This document shows, piece after piece, positions 7,054-16,250 of a DNA stretch of 16,320 nucleotides (position 1 is the stretch's first letter; each line of letters opens with the position of its first letter). Under the pieces are notes generated by a model. That model was not told the origin of the DNA. It saw nothing but the letters and a program-made list of their open reading frames with translations, and did no database searches. Location of the stretch: assembly GCA_051747805.1 (NCBI GenBank), contig JBNJGP010000058.1, forward strand, positions 1 through 16,320. Reading direction: 5' to 3'. The translations under genes were made by a program, and so were the position numbers. Origin of the DNA: Candidatus Muiribacteriota bacterium. GTDB lineage: Bacteria; Muiribacteriota; Muiribacteriia; Muiribacteriales; Muiribacteriaceae.

Positions 7054-8688
7054 TTGTTTATAAATTTACTTCTAAAACCGATAAATATTAGTATGAAAAT
7101 TAAAAGAACAATTTTATTTTTTTTCTTATTTTCTATTTTAATAAACGGAATTAATTCTGAGAATGTTCTATTTCTGCGTGAAGTTCCATTAGACCATTAT
7201 TCTTATGAAGTTTTAAATTATTTTATTTTGAATAAAGATATTATTGATGCAAAAGAATATAAAAAGCATGAGCAGTTATCAAGATATCGCATAACTTTAT
7301 ATCTTAACTCTATCATACTTTCTTTGGAAGATGAAAATACTTATATTCATAACGAAGAAATTGTCAACTCTATTGAAAACCTGATTTCTGATTTCAGTTA
7401 TGAAATTGAGTTTATATTTGGCGATATTTTCGAGAGTTACGAGGAAATTATTTCTAATTATAGAATAAGAGCAGGATATATAAAACGTGAGAATGTTTCA
7501 CAAAAGCCTCGAGAAAAAATTTTATATCCATTTGAACGACCTTCTTTAACTGAAGGCGAATCTGACATATATTTTTCTTATTCTTACGGGTATTCGCACG
7601 AAATGAGTTATATTTCCAAAAACCGTAAATTTGACAATTCGGGTCATATCAATTTCATGCTTGATTTTTCCTTAAATAATTATACTTTAAATAATAAAAT
7701 GCTTAGAAACAATGAAACTTTAATAATCGACCATGAACTATTAACTCCGGACCGTTTAACTGAGGTTAAATATTCGTACTTGCATTTTTTCGAGAATGAG
7801 GCTCTCTCCTTTTCAAAGCTTCAAATTAATCGTGAGGATTCTTTTAAAATTGGACATTATTCTTTTAAATTAAATTCTTCACGACATAAGATTATGAACT
7901 CTTCTGGAAATAATTTTTTTTCAGCCGGCCATAAAAAAAAATCTTTTGAATTAACTATTAATGACACAGAAAGTTTTTTTCAAGATACAGAACTTGTATT
8001 GCGAAGAAGTGATTTTTCTAATCAGGAAACAGATGATTATGGAAATTCTGAAACCTCTTATGGATTTCGTTTCAGGAAAAAACTTACTTATGATTTTTTA
8101 CTGGATTCTGTTTTGAATTTAAATTATTTTCAAACTAATATAAATAACAAGGATGAACTAAGAAAAGATGGAACTTTTAATAATTTTTATTTATCTTTTT
8201 TTTATCCACTTAAAAATTTTAATTCTATTAACTTATCTTATAGAAGAATAAATAGAAAGTTATCATTAAAAGATAATAATTTTTTTAATGCTACTCATAA
8301 TTTTACAAGTATTTATAAAAACTTTTTTAATTTTAATCAAACAGATATGAGTTTTGGACTTCATTTTGAAGCATATGATGCACATCAACATGCTGCTTCC
8401 ACTATAGAAATTGATAATCATGATTACAAAAAAAGGTATGCTTCTTTTGATTTTACTCATTATTTCAGCTATGATTTTTCTCTCGATATATCACTTAAAT
8501 ATGGTTATAAAAAGTTTGATGACAATATTTCCGGATTTGAAAATTTTAAGTTTGTTAGTAGAACTCTAGATTTTAGATTCTGGGATTATCTTTTTGAATA
8601 TTCGGTTTATGACAGAAAACATTCTGAATTTTCAAACAAAAATTCAAAAGTATTAAGTTTAGGAGTGTTTTATGCGTATTTCTGGTAA
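7054..8688 (+). CDS. Putative outer-membrane beta-barrel protein with degenerate N-terminal SLH-like segment
   Basis: Signal peptide (MKIKRTILFFFLFSILING from ATG 7093; TTG 7054 has an AAGGAG SD, so the start is ambiguous). 'LREVPLDHYSYEVL...LSRY' resembles SLH 'F.DVP..HWAY..TRY'. Many alternating aromatic beta-strands and a C-terminal 'LSLGVFYAYFW'. Confidence 0.6.
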   Translation: MFINLLLKPINISMKIKRTILFFFLFSILINGINSENVLFLREVPLDHYSYEVLNYFILNKDIIDAKEYKKHEQLSRYRITLYLNSIILSLEDENTYIHNEEIVNSIENLISDFSYEIEFIFGDIFESYEEIISNYRIRAGYIKRENVSQKPREKILYPFERPSLTEGESDIYFSYSYGYSHEMSYISKNRKFDNSGHINFMLDFSLNNYTLNNKMLRNNETLIIDHELLTPDRLTEVKYSYLHFFENEALSFSKLQINREDSFKIGHYSFKLNSSRHKIMNSSGNNFFSAGHKKKSFELTINDTESFFQDTELVLRRSDFSNQETDDYGNSETSYGFRFRKKLTYDFLLDSVLNLNYFQTNINNKDELRKDGTFNNFYLSFFYPLKNFNSINLSYRRINRKLSLKDNNFFNATHNFTSIYKNFFNFNQTDMSFGLHFEAYDAHQHAASTIEIDNHDYKKRYASFDFTHYFSYDFSLDISLKYGYKKFDDNISGFENFKFVSRTLDFRFWDYLFEYSVYDRKHSEFSNKNSKVLSLGVFYAYFW

Positions 8689-9169
8689 AAATCTTTTATT
8701 AATAATCTTATTTTCCTGCTTTATTAATGCATCTAGCTCAAATAGTGATTACTGGCTTTTGAGAAATCGTGTAACAGAAGTTGAAGATTTTATATCTGAA
8801 AATGAAAATACACCTATGCCGGAACTTAGACGTTTAAGATATTATTTTCTTAAATCTAAAAATTATAGCTCTAAAGGAAATAATTTTAAAAGAGATTTGT
8901 ATTTTGAAAAAACCCTTATGCTTAAAGAAAAAGCAGAGCATAAGCTGGAGGTAATAAAAAAGGAAAAAGCTAAAGTTGTAAAGCTTTATGAGCAATATTC
9001 CTATTTATTAATGGAAAACAGAGAATATTTGTCCCATAAAGGGAAATTTGATGATTTTTTAAAAAAATATGATGAAATTAAAGAGCTTTTAAATGATGAT
9101 TATATAATTAAAGCTGGTTCTGAAACTGAAAAAATCTTAGAAAAAATTCGTGCGGTTATAGGTAAATAA
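8672..9169 (+). CDS. Hypothetical exported helical protein
   Basis: 165-aa ORF overlapping the upstream gene by 17 bp, with a hydrophobic N-terminal signal-like segment and a charged coiled-coil-like body. No family recognised. Confidence 0.65.
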   Translation: MRISGKNLLLIILFSCFINASSSNSDYWLLRNRVTEVEDFISENENTPMPELRRLRYYFLKSKNYSSKGNNFKRDLYFEKTLMLKEKAEHKLEVIKKEKAKVVKLYEQYSYLLMENREYLSHKGKFDDFLKKYDEIKELLNDDYIIKAGSETEKILEKIRAVIGK

Positions 9170-9349
9170 TTTTTTTTTTAATTAATGACTTGTTAAAAGC
9201 TGAAATCTATTTTAACATAAAACAATAATAAAAAATTAAAAAAACTCCAGGTCGCTATTTTCAGTGAGATTAAGTAGTTCATAAAAAATAATAAAACCAG
9301 TATAACTACTTATTTTCCTTTTCAAAAACGAGAATTGAGGGGTGGAGTA

Positions 9350-10504
9350 GTGGAAAAAACTTATTATGTATCAAATATGGGTGAAGCTTTAACGCTTATT
9401 CGAAAAGAACTGGGGCCAGAGGCCTTTATAATTGATCAGAAAATGGTAGATTCTTCAAACGACAGTAATATGTTACAGTATTTCAGTGGAAAGAAGCTGA
9501 AAGTCGTGGCAAAAGCACCTGACGAGACAAATGGAGAAACTGAAAAAGGAAAAAAAGATGGTAATTTTTTTTCCAGTTTTAATTCAGATCCAATTCAACA
9601 GTCTAAATCAGTATCCGGTGTTATGAATAATTTTCAGACACAGCAGGAAATTGAACTTCAGAATCAGTTAAACGATTTAAAAAAAATTGTCTCTTCCCTT
9701 TCTGGAGCTGTAAAGCCTGAAAAAGAGGATAATGAAGACAATAGTTTAATGGTTGGTAGAGAAAAGTACATAAAAAGATTAATAGAAAATGATGTAGAAG
9801 AGGCACTTGCTTTTAAAATTTTACATCGATTTCCCGATGATGGATCAGAAGCTCATTTTGAAGAAGTTATAAAAGAATCCATTGAAAAAAAACTTAAGTT
9901 AAGTAATATTTTTGAAAGAAAAGAAGATAAAATTTATTTTTTTATTGGTCATCCCGGCGCAGGTAAAACCACTTCGATAATTAAATATGCTGTTTCTATG
10001 AAATTGAAAAATGATGCAAAAATTCTTAACGTCACGGTTGACAATTATAAGGAATCTGGTTTTCAACAGCTTGATAGTCAATGTAAAATGGTAGATATAA
10101 AAACAATCAAGGCAAATAATCCTAAACAGCTTGTAGATATATTATCAGAAAATTATGATAAATATGATTATATTTTTATTGATACTCCGGGAGTGGAGGA
10201 TGATTGCGAGAATATAACAAAGTTACTTCCTGAAACTATTTCGCATAAAAAACTTTTCGTTTTAAATGCTAATGGCAGATATATGGAACAGGTAGAAAAA
10301 ATAGAAAATATTTCCAATGTTGGTATTGATGGAATGATTTTTACAAAAACTGATGAAACTCTGAGTCTTGGAAATCTTTTAAATATTTTATATAAATATC
10401 AGGGAATTGAACTTGCGGGATTTATGAACGGCCAGAATATACCTTCTGATATGATTGTTGACAACGATAAATGTGTTGACTATTTTCTGCAAAAAATAAG
10501 TTAA
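9350..10504 (+). CDS. flhF: FlhF-like SRP-family GTPase (divergent)
   Basis: FlhF N-terminus 'KTY...MGEAL..IRKELGPEAFII', G1 'GHPGAGKTTSIIK', G3 'FIDTPG', G4 'IFTKTDET..LG.LLN', and 'NGQNIPSD'. Likely start GTG 9350 after the AGGGGTGGAG purine tract (ORF track start 9335). Confidence 0.82.
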   Translation: MEKTYYVSNMGEALTLIRKELGPEAFIIDQKMVDSSNDSNMLQYFSGKKLKVVAKAPDETNGETEKGKKDGNFFSSFNSDPIQQSKSVSGVMNNFQTQQEIELQNQLNDLKKIVSSLSGAVKPEKEDNEDNSLMVGREKYIKRLIENDVEEALAFKILHRFPDDGSEAHFEEVIKESIEKKLKLSNIFERKEDKIYFFIGHPGAGKTTSIIKYAVSMKLKNDAKILNVTVDNYKESGFQQLDSQCKMVDIKTIKANNPKQLVDILSENYDKYDYIFIDTPGVEDDCENITKLLPETISHKKLFVLNANGRYMEQVEKIENISNVGIDGMIFTKTDETLSLGNLLNILYKYQGIELAGFMNGQNIPSDMIVDNDKCVDYFLQKIS

Positions 10505-10524
10505 TAGATAGCAGAATAAATAAG

Positions 10525-10563
10525 AATAAAAAAAGGACGGTTTTTAATCGTCCTTTTTTTATT
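10525..10563. terminator. Bidirectional rho-independent terminator
   Basis: AATAAAAAAAGGACGGTT-TTT-AATCGTCCTTTTTTTATT hairpin with A7/T7 tails between the convergent flhF and SLH-barrel genes. Confidence 0.9.
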
Positions 10564-10581
10564 TAAAGTTTAAATATTAGT

Positions 10582-12168
10582 TTAAAAAGTATATGACATT
10601 GTTAGTCTATAGGTTTCCTGATTATAAGGCTCATCTGCAGGTAAAGTCGGATCAATAATTCCAGTGCTGTATCCAGCAGGTTTAACGCTATTTGAAGAGG
10701 TTCCAGAATTAACATCTATTTTTTTAAATTCAAACCTTAAATCTGTCTCTCCTACAGGTCTTGAATAATTCACCGAATAAATATTTCTATCATCTGCAAT
10801 ATCAGTAGCTCCTAAAGTTGTATTATCATTAATAAATTCAACACTGTAAGATAATCTGGCCTTGTTTGATAAATAATTTTCAACTCTCAAAAAGAAAGAA
10901 TCAAATCCACTGGTATTGATTAAATTTATACCATAACCCTGATCATCATAATCAGGTTGAGTAAGAGTTGCATCAATATTTAAAGGTTTATAATAATCAT
11001 CAAATCTGGTATAAATAATACGGATATCTGTTTTAGCATTTAAAGTTTTAACAGCACCGAGCTGATATGCAAACTGAGATGAAATTTTATCGCTTCCGCC
11101 ACCAGGATTAATATTATCAGTAACAGTATCAGCATAATCCATCATAGCAATTTCCCCAAACCATCTGAAGTTTATATCTGTTTTTCTATAGGCAAGCCCG
11201 GCATAGTTAATTCTGTTTGAAGTATTCGTGGAGCTTGATAATATATCAGTTGAGTTACCAAATAAATTTGGATTGTGGCTGGTTAAGTAATATGTGTTGT
11301 AAACACCGCTATCCTGATATTTTAAAAGATTAATAAAAAAGTTATTAAAGGCACTTGATGGTTGGTTTAAACTGTCTTTAGTGGCTGCAACTATTAAATC
11401 CAGGTCATTATTTAAAATACTTTCATATCTGATTCCATTACTTCTATTTGAAAATACTAAGGCGTTCCCAAGATTAAAAAACTGTCTTCCTGCTCTGATA
11501 GATTCCATGCCACTTTCATATGTTATATTCATTGTAGAAATTATGCTGTTTGAAGGCCAGTCAGACCCAGCCCCAACATTATGAAACCAGTTATGTTCAA
11601 ATCTTGAATTAAGAAAAAGACCTTCATCATAGTCAATTCTGGTATTTATACCAAAAGTATGCTCAACCTGTCTTTCGGTAAAAAAATTATTTCCCCTGTT
11701 TGTATAGTTTCTGTCATCATACCTCAAACGCCAGTCATATGTATTAGTTATTTCACGTTCAAACGGCTCCTTCCTATAATCATTGTCTTCTTTATAAGTT
11801 TCAACCTCTTTTTGAAGACTTCTTAAGGTAGATGAAACTTTTTCAATACGATATCCAAACAGGTTGAGCTCGTTTGCAAATTCAATTGCAAGGCGGTTCA
11901 TTCTTTCATATTCAGCATAACTAATTGAATCTGATTTTAACTCGCCGCTGGAATATTTATCAAATATTCTTGATATGGCAGTGGCAAAATAATAACGGGT
12001 TGCCTTTTCGTCCCCATTAAAATTATTTCCTCTTATAATTCCCGCATCACTTAAAACCTTAATATCGTCATAGGCCCAGTGATCTCTTGGGACATCCCGG
12101 AAGGATACTGCAGTAACGGTTATTGTCATTAAAATGCTTATTGTGATTATTAAAATATTTTTTTTCAT
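10582..12168 (-). CDS. S-layer homology domain plus beta-barrel outer-membrane protein (OmpM-like)
   Basis: Signal peptide, then SLH 'FRDVPRDHWAYDDIKVLSDAGIIRG..FNGDEKATRYYFATAISR', then coiled coil 'RLAIEFANEL..FG.RI..', then a barrel region ('IRAGRQFFNLG') ending 'YRLTMSYTF'. AAGGAG SD. Confidence 0.85.
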   Translation of the reverse strand: MKKNILIITISILMTITVTAVSFRDVPRDHWAYDDIKVLSDAGIIRGNNFNGDEKATRYYFATAISRIFDKYSSGELKSDSISYAEYERMNRLAIEFANELNLFGYRIEKVSSTLRSLQKEVETYKEDNDYRKEPFEREITNTYDWRLRYDDRNYTNRGNNFFTERQVEHTFGINTRIDYDEGLFLNSRFEHNWFHNVGAGSDWPSNSIISTMNITYESGMESIRAGRQFFNLGNALVFSNRSNGIRYESILNNDLDLIVAATKDSLNQPSSAFNNFFINLLKYQDSGVYNTYYLTSHNPNLFGNSTDILSSSTNTSNRINYAGLAYRKTDINFRWFGEIAMMDYADTVTDNINPGGGSDKISSQFAYQLGAVKTLNAKTDIRIIYTRFDDYYKPLNIDATLTQPDYDDQGYGINLINTSGFDSFFLRVENYLSNKARLSYSVEFINDNTTLGATDIADDRNIYSVNYSRPVGETDLRFEFKKIDVNSGTSSNSVKPAGYSTGIIDPTLPADEPYNQETYRLTMSYTF

Positions 12169-12188
12169 ATTTTTCTCCTTGTGAATTT

Positions 12189-12944
12189 TTACCAGTTAAT
12201 ATGTAAACTTCCAGTCGCGTCTGAAGGTGTACTTGTGCTTGTTTCAGTAGGTCTATTTTCAACATCTACATCATCATCATCACCACTTTCTATTCTCTGT
12301 GATTCCCCTCTTCTACGTATTTCTTTAATTACTCTGTTTTCTTCCCTTTCAGGATTAATATTTCTTTCCTGCACGTCAATAATTTCCTGATCAGTATCAG
12401 CTTCTTTTTTAGTATTAACTGAAATCTGTTCTCCTCTTTCAACAAGACGGGATACTCTCTGATCAGCCGTACCATAATGAACTCTACCAGCCAGAACTGT
12501 TAAAATTTCTCTTGGTCCTGTAACCTGAAGTGTAAACCTGGTACCTCTGATTCCGCAAACGGCCTGAGGAGTATGGACATTAAGTTCGTCCTCAATTTCT
12601 TTTCCATTAACATAAATAAATCCAAAAAATAGTCTTAAAGCTTTAATAATACCGCTTTGATTTTCAATAACCTCAGGAAGTTCCATTTTAGTAGTTGCGC
12701 TTAAACTCACAATTTTTTTATCAGAGATATTAATTTCGACTTTGGACCGACGACCTGTTTTTATAGTATCCCCAATATTCAGCTCCATTTTTTGCTTAGC
12801 GTCAATCCATTCATCTGAATCGATTCTCTGGACTTTTACAATGCCATAAACATATGAAATAACAGCACTCTCCACTTCCAGAGCTGCGTGGGTAAATGAA
12901 ACTATACCCATTAGAAAGATTAAAAATAAGACAGATTTCTTCAT
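12189..12944 (-). CDS. FecR-domain exported protein
   Basis: Signal peptide, 'G.VKV...W..A..M.L..GDTIKTG..SKVEI', 'VHTPQAVCGIRGTRF' and 'VLAGRV' are typical of FecR-like domains. Acidic, low-complexity C-tail. ATG 12944 follows a GAGGGGG SD. Confidence 0.85.
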   Translation of the reverse strand: MKKSVLFLIFLMGIVSFTHAALEVESAVISYVYGIVKVQRIDSDEWIDAKQKMELNIGDTIKTGRRSKVEINISDKKIVSLSATTKMELPEVIENQSGIIKALRLFFGFIYVNGKEIEDELNVHTPQAVCGIRGTRFTLQVTGPREILTVLAGRVHYGTADQRVSRLVERGEQISVNTKKEADTDQEIIDVQERNINPEREENRVIKEIRRRGESQRIESGDDDDVDVENRPTETSTSTPSDATGSLHINW

Positions 12945-13018
12945 AACTCTATGCCCCCTCAATATATTTAAAGGATAAATACCCTTATTAATAATTGTGT
13001 GATTTTTTCTAAACTAAG

Positions 13019-15187
13019 TTATAAATTTTTTTTTATAAAAAAATCAAATAAATGTTCTTTTTCATAGTCAATATTTAAATTTGTAATACCATATCCTGAA
13101 ATTTGCAAGTTTACAGAATAATCCATTTTACCATAATTATGCCCATGTGTCATCATGGCTGGAATTAAATCTCTGAAAACAGGATTTCTCATTAAAAGGG
13201 TGATTTTTTGAAACTTTTGGTACTCGTTATATTTATTTAATTTTCCAAAATAAGAGGCGAAATTAAATAAATTATTAAAAACTTTAAACCTATAATTGTT
13301 TTTTTTGAAGTGGTTATATAGTTTCCGCTGACCAGAGTTTAGATCACCTTCGTCAATATTATTGTATAAATCAGCATTTTTTTCATTTTTAAGTATATAA
13401 TTGATAGAGTTAATATTTTCAATAATAGAATCATAAACAAGTTTATTATTTCCTGATTCAAACAAGTGGAATAATATATCAATAGAATCATTATAAAAAA
13501 ATAATTTATGATTTAATTTAAAATTCCTTACTCCGTCGTTAGAAAACCAGATATCTTGAATGCTGGTTTTATTTAAGGAACCTTCTGAAATGTTTTTAAT
13601 GTAATTTATTCTATTTTTTAATTCGCCTGGAGTAATCCTGGGAGTTTTAATTTTAGTTGATACCCCGGTTTTTTGATGTATTAAATTATTATTTTCTTTT
13701 CTAAACAAAGAAGTGACATCAAAATGTTCGACAGTATTAATGTCGCGCAGGTCTCCTCTACTGACATTGTAATTAAGGGAAGTTAGATGGTATTCTTTGT
13801 TGTCTTGATAAAAAGAAATTTCATAAAATAATCTTGAATTTTCATTAATAAGTCTATGAAGCTTAACTGGATTATCAAAGTGATAATGGTTATCTAAACT
13901 GATGTCAAACTTACGGTTAATACGTCGGTTTTGAGGTAGAATGCCGCGGTCTGTCTGATATATATCCTCTGCATAAATAAGGTTAGAAAGTAAATTTTGA
14001 TTTATGCCGGTGCTTTCAGCAAAATTATCGTAAATATTTCTTTTTATACGCGTAGAAGGATTTAATATCTTTTCATAAGCATTTTGAGCTTCATCATAAG
14101 CCAGGTTAAAAACATAAGAAATTGAAAAATTATCATTATTTAAATCGGCCCGGGGAATTGGTTTAAATATAGTGTCTTTAATATTATTATCTGAATCTAA
14201 AAAATATTTTAAACCTGCGATATCTAAATTGTTTTTTTGATTATTAATCAGAGTCACCTTTACATAGGATTCATGAAGTTTTGTTATAACAATTTTAAAC
14301 TTTCCATTAATTATATAAAAAGCGTCTGATGAATTTGAAATAATTCCTCCGTAACCAGCTGAAGAGGAGTTGACTAAAGTTAATTGAGTCGGAATAATAA
14401 CAGTTTCGCCGACAGGCATGTTATTTGCTTTTTTTGCAGTTAAAGGTATTTTGTTTTCAAAATCGTCTAATTTAATTTCATTTTCGTCTGAAAAAGGTGT
14501 TGAAAATAGTATTTCTGAAGATTTATCTATTGGAATATAAAACTTATTGTCCTTGTCTAAAAAAACTCCGGAAGTCACCTTTTTATTGAATTTAATTTTG
14601 GTAATTTGCTTATTAATGTTTCTTGAAAAAATATCTTTTTCGATTAATGTTTTAATAGAATGAATTGAATTTAAAAAATCTTCAGGGGTTGGATACTCAT
14701 CAGAATGTTTGATATTTATGTCATTTAAATGATATGATTTTTCAGCTAATTCACTCAGTGGCACTGAAGTGAAATAGGGATTATCGGCAACTGTATAAGG
14801 ACGGGCGGTGCCCCGGGCAAGAGTTTGCAAATTTTCGAAATAGTCTTCTTCGTTGAAAATAATGTTCAAAGAGTCAGTTAAAATCTGTATTTTTCTGATA
14901 ATTGTAAGTGCTCCATCGTTTTTAGAAAGTTGTTCGGCAGATTCCTTTAATGCTAAAATGTGAATATCTACATTTCTGGAATCCCTATTTAAATTTTCGA
15001 AATTTTTCATCAGTTTTTGGGAGTTTTTTGTTTCTGGATTTAATTGATTGATTGACTTCTGAAGTTCAATCACCATATTAGAAACAATTGAGTCGTGAGA
15101 TATTTCATTTAAATAGGCAAAAGATAAAGTAGATAATAAAATTAATATAAGGTAAACTAACCATGTTTTTTTAATATAGAATCTCAT
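13019..15187 (-). CDS. Large exported hypothetical protein
   Basis: 722-aa ORF with a signal peptide (…LILLSTLSFA). Overlaps the BMP gene end by 17 bp. No family confidently recognised. Confidence 0.75.
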   Translation of the reverse strand: MRFYIKKTWLVYLILILLSTLSFAYLNEISHDSIVSNMVIELQKSINQLNPETKNSQKLMKNFENLNRDSRNVDIHILALKESAEQLSKNDGALTIIRKIQILTDSLNIIFNEEDYFENLQTLARGTARPYTVADNPYFTSVPLSELAEKSYHLNDINIKHSDEYPTPEDFLNSIHSIKTLIEKDIFSRNINKQITKIKFNKKVTSGVFLDKDNKFYIPIDKSSEILFSTPFSDENEIKLDDFENKIPLTAKKANNMPVGETVIIPTQLTLVNSSSAGYGGIISNSSDAFYIINGKFKIVITKLHESYVKVTLINNQKNNLDIAGLKYFLDSDNNIKDTIFKPIPRADLNNDNFSISYVFNLAYDEAQNAYEKILNPSTRIKRNIYDNFAESTGINQNLLSNLIYAEDIYQTDRGILPQNRRINRKFDISLDNHYHFDNPVKLHRLINENSRLFYEISFYQDNKEYHLTSLNYNVSRGDLRDINTVEHFDVTSLFRKENNNLIHQKTGVSTKIKTPRITPGELKNRINYIKNISEGSLNKTSIQDIWFSNDGVRNFKLNHKLFFYNDSIDILFHLFESGNNKLVYDSIIENINSINYILKNEKNADLYNNIDEGDLNSGQRKLYNHFKKNNYRFKVFNNLFNFASYFGKLNKYNEYQKFQKITLLMRNPVFRDLIPAMMTHGHNYGKMDYSVNLQISGYGITNLNIDYEKEHLFDFFIKKNL

Positions 15188-16124
15188 TATTTTTCACCTT
15201 ATCAATAATATTATTGATATACTCGACCCTTGAATAGCCATATACTCTATCTAATCTATTCATATATGGTATTTCATAACCACCATTTGAAAAATCAAAT
15301 TTTTTAATACCGGGATTAAAGTTTTTTTCAATAATAATTGAGTATAATTCTCTATATAATATTCTGTCAATTCGTTTGCTTATTGAAAAAATAACTCCAT
15401 AGTCAGATAGTTCCTCAAATGGACGGTCTATGCCAATAACATATTTTTCATTTCTGTTAGCCGATTCCAGCACTCCTATACTGCTTCCACCGCATGGTGC
15501 AAATATAATATCTGTTCCCGTGTTATATAAGAAGTCAGCTTCATGACGGGCTTTTACTGGATTCATAAAACCAACCAGATTATTGGATAAATATATTTTT
15601 TGAATACTTTTCTCGTAATTGGAATATTTCAGTCCATTTTTAAATCCATAGTAGAAATTATCTGTTAAAAACGATGGAGAGGCTCCTATAAAACCAAAGT
15701 TCCAGTCATTAAAGAAGCTGCCTGCAACTGCGCCGGCAACAAAGGAAGCCTGATAATCATCAAAAACAATACAGGTGACATTAGGCATTTCAACATAGCT
15801 GTCAAGCAGAATATATCTTACATTAATATTTCTGGCAGCGGCTTCTTTAACGGCGTCACGATACATAAATCCTGCGGCAACAACTAAATCATGTGACATT
15901 GAAAAATAATTTATATAGGCGTTAAAAGAAGTTTCTCTTTCTGGGTATATATAATCAATTGTAATATCTGGAAACTGAGTTGAAAAGTTATTCAAGGCTT
16001 CTGAAACCATATAACCGAATGTTTCATCCCCTTTGGCCATGAAAGGCATCAATACACCGATTTTGGCACAGTAGGAATTAATAAAAATCAGGGTAATGAA
16101 TAAAATAAAAAACATTTTTTTCAT
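15171..16124 (-). CDS. BMP family (PnrA/TmpC/Med-like) substrate-binding protein
   Basis: 'GDETF', 'DLVVAAGF', 'YILLD', 'ASFVAGAVAG', 'GFIG', 'GF.NP.KA...A..LY..G.DIIFAPCGGS.IGVLE.A...YVIGID', 'S..KR.D'. ATG 16124 gives a signal-peptide start. Confidence 0.9.
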   Translation of the reverse strand: MKKMFFILFITLIFINSYCAKIGVLMPFMAKGDETFGYMVSEALNNFSTQFPDITIDYIYPERETSFNAYINYFSMSHDLVVAAGFMYRDAVKEAAARNINVRYILLDSYVEMPNVTCIVFDDYQASFVAGAVAGSFFNDWNFGFIGASPSFLTDNFYYGFKNGLKYSNYEKSIQKIYLSNNLVGFMNPVKARHEADFLYNTGTDIIFAPCGGSSIGVLESANRNEKYVIGIDRPFEELSDYGVIFSISKRIDRILYRELYSIIIEKNFNPGIKKFDFSNGGYEIPYMNRLDRVYGYSRVEYINNIIDKVKNNEILY

Positions 16125-16178
16125 AAATGGATAATAACACAAACTTTAAATTTTTACAAATTTAAAATTATTAACAAT

Positions 16179-16250
16179 TGGTTTTTATCGGCTCCTATCG
16201 GCCTCTATCGTCTCACTTCTTACTTCTCACCTCTCACGGCTCTTATCTGC
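16179..16250 (+). repeat. Intergenic repeat module B, copy 2
   Basis: 10-mers TATCGGCTCC/TATCGGCCTC/TATCGTCTC followed by 7-mers ACTTCTT/ACTTCTC/ACCTCTC. Aligns with 5993-6080 minus the hairpin insert. Confidence 0.8.

Noticed and set aside
9191..9220. TGTTAAAA-N11-TTTTAACA inverted repeat; TTTTAACATAA resembles a XerD arm
   Set aside because: No XerC arm at dif spacing, and low complexity in an AT-rich tract. It could be an operator or weak terminator but is unsupported.
956..12390. Short ORF-track entries overlapping longer genes (956-1177, 1360-1545, 4837-5019, 8266-8460, 9621-9806, 9899-10081, 11381-11584, 12068-12265, 12181-12390)
   Set aside because: Antisense or out-of-frame shadows of well-supported genes, with no motifs.
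16185..16192. Exact GCCGATAA (sigma28 -10) on the minus strand upstream of the BMP gene
   Set aside because: It is part of repeat module B and has no TAAA -35 at the proper spacing.
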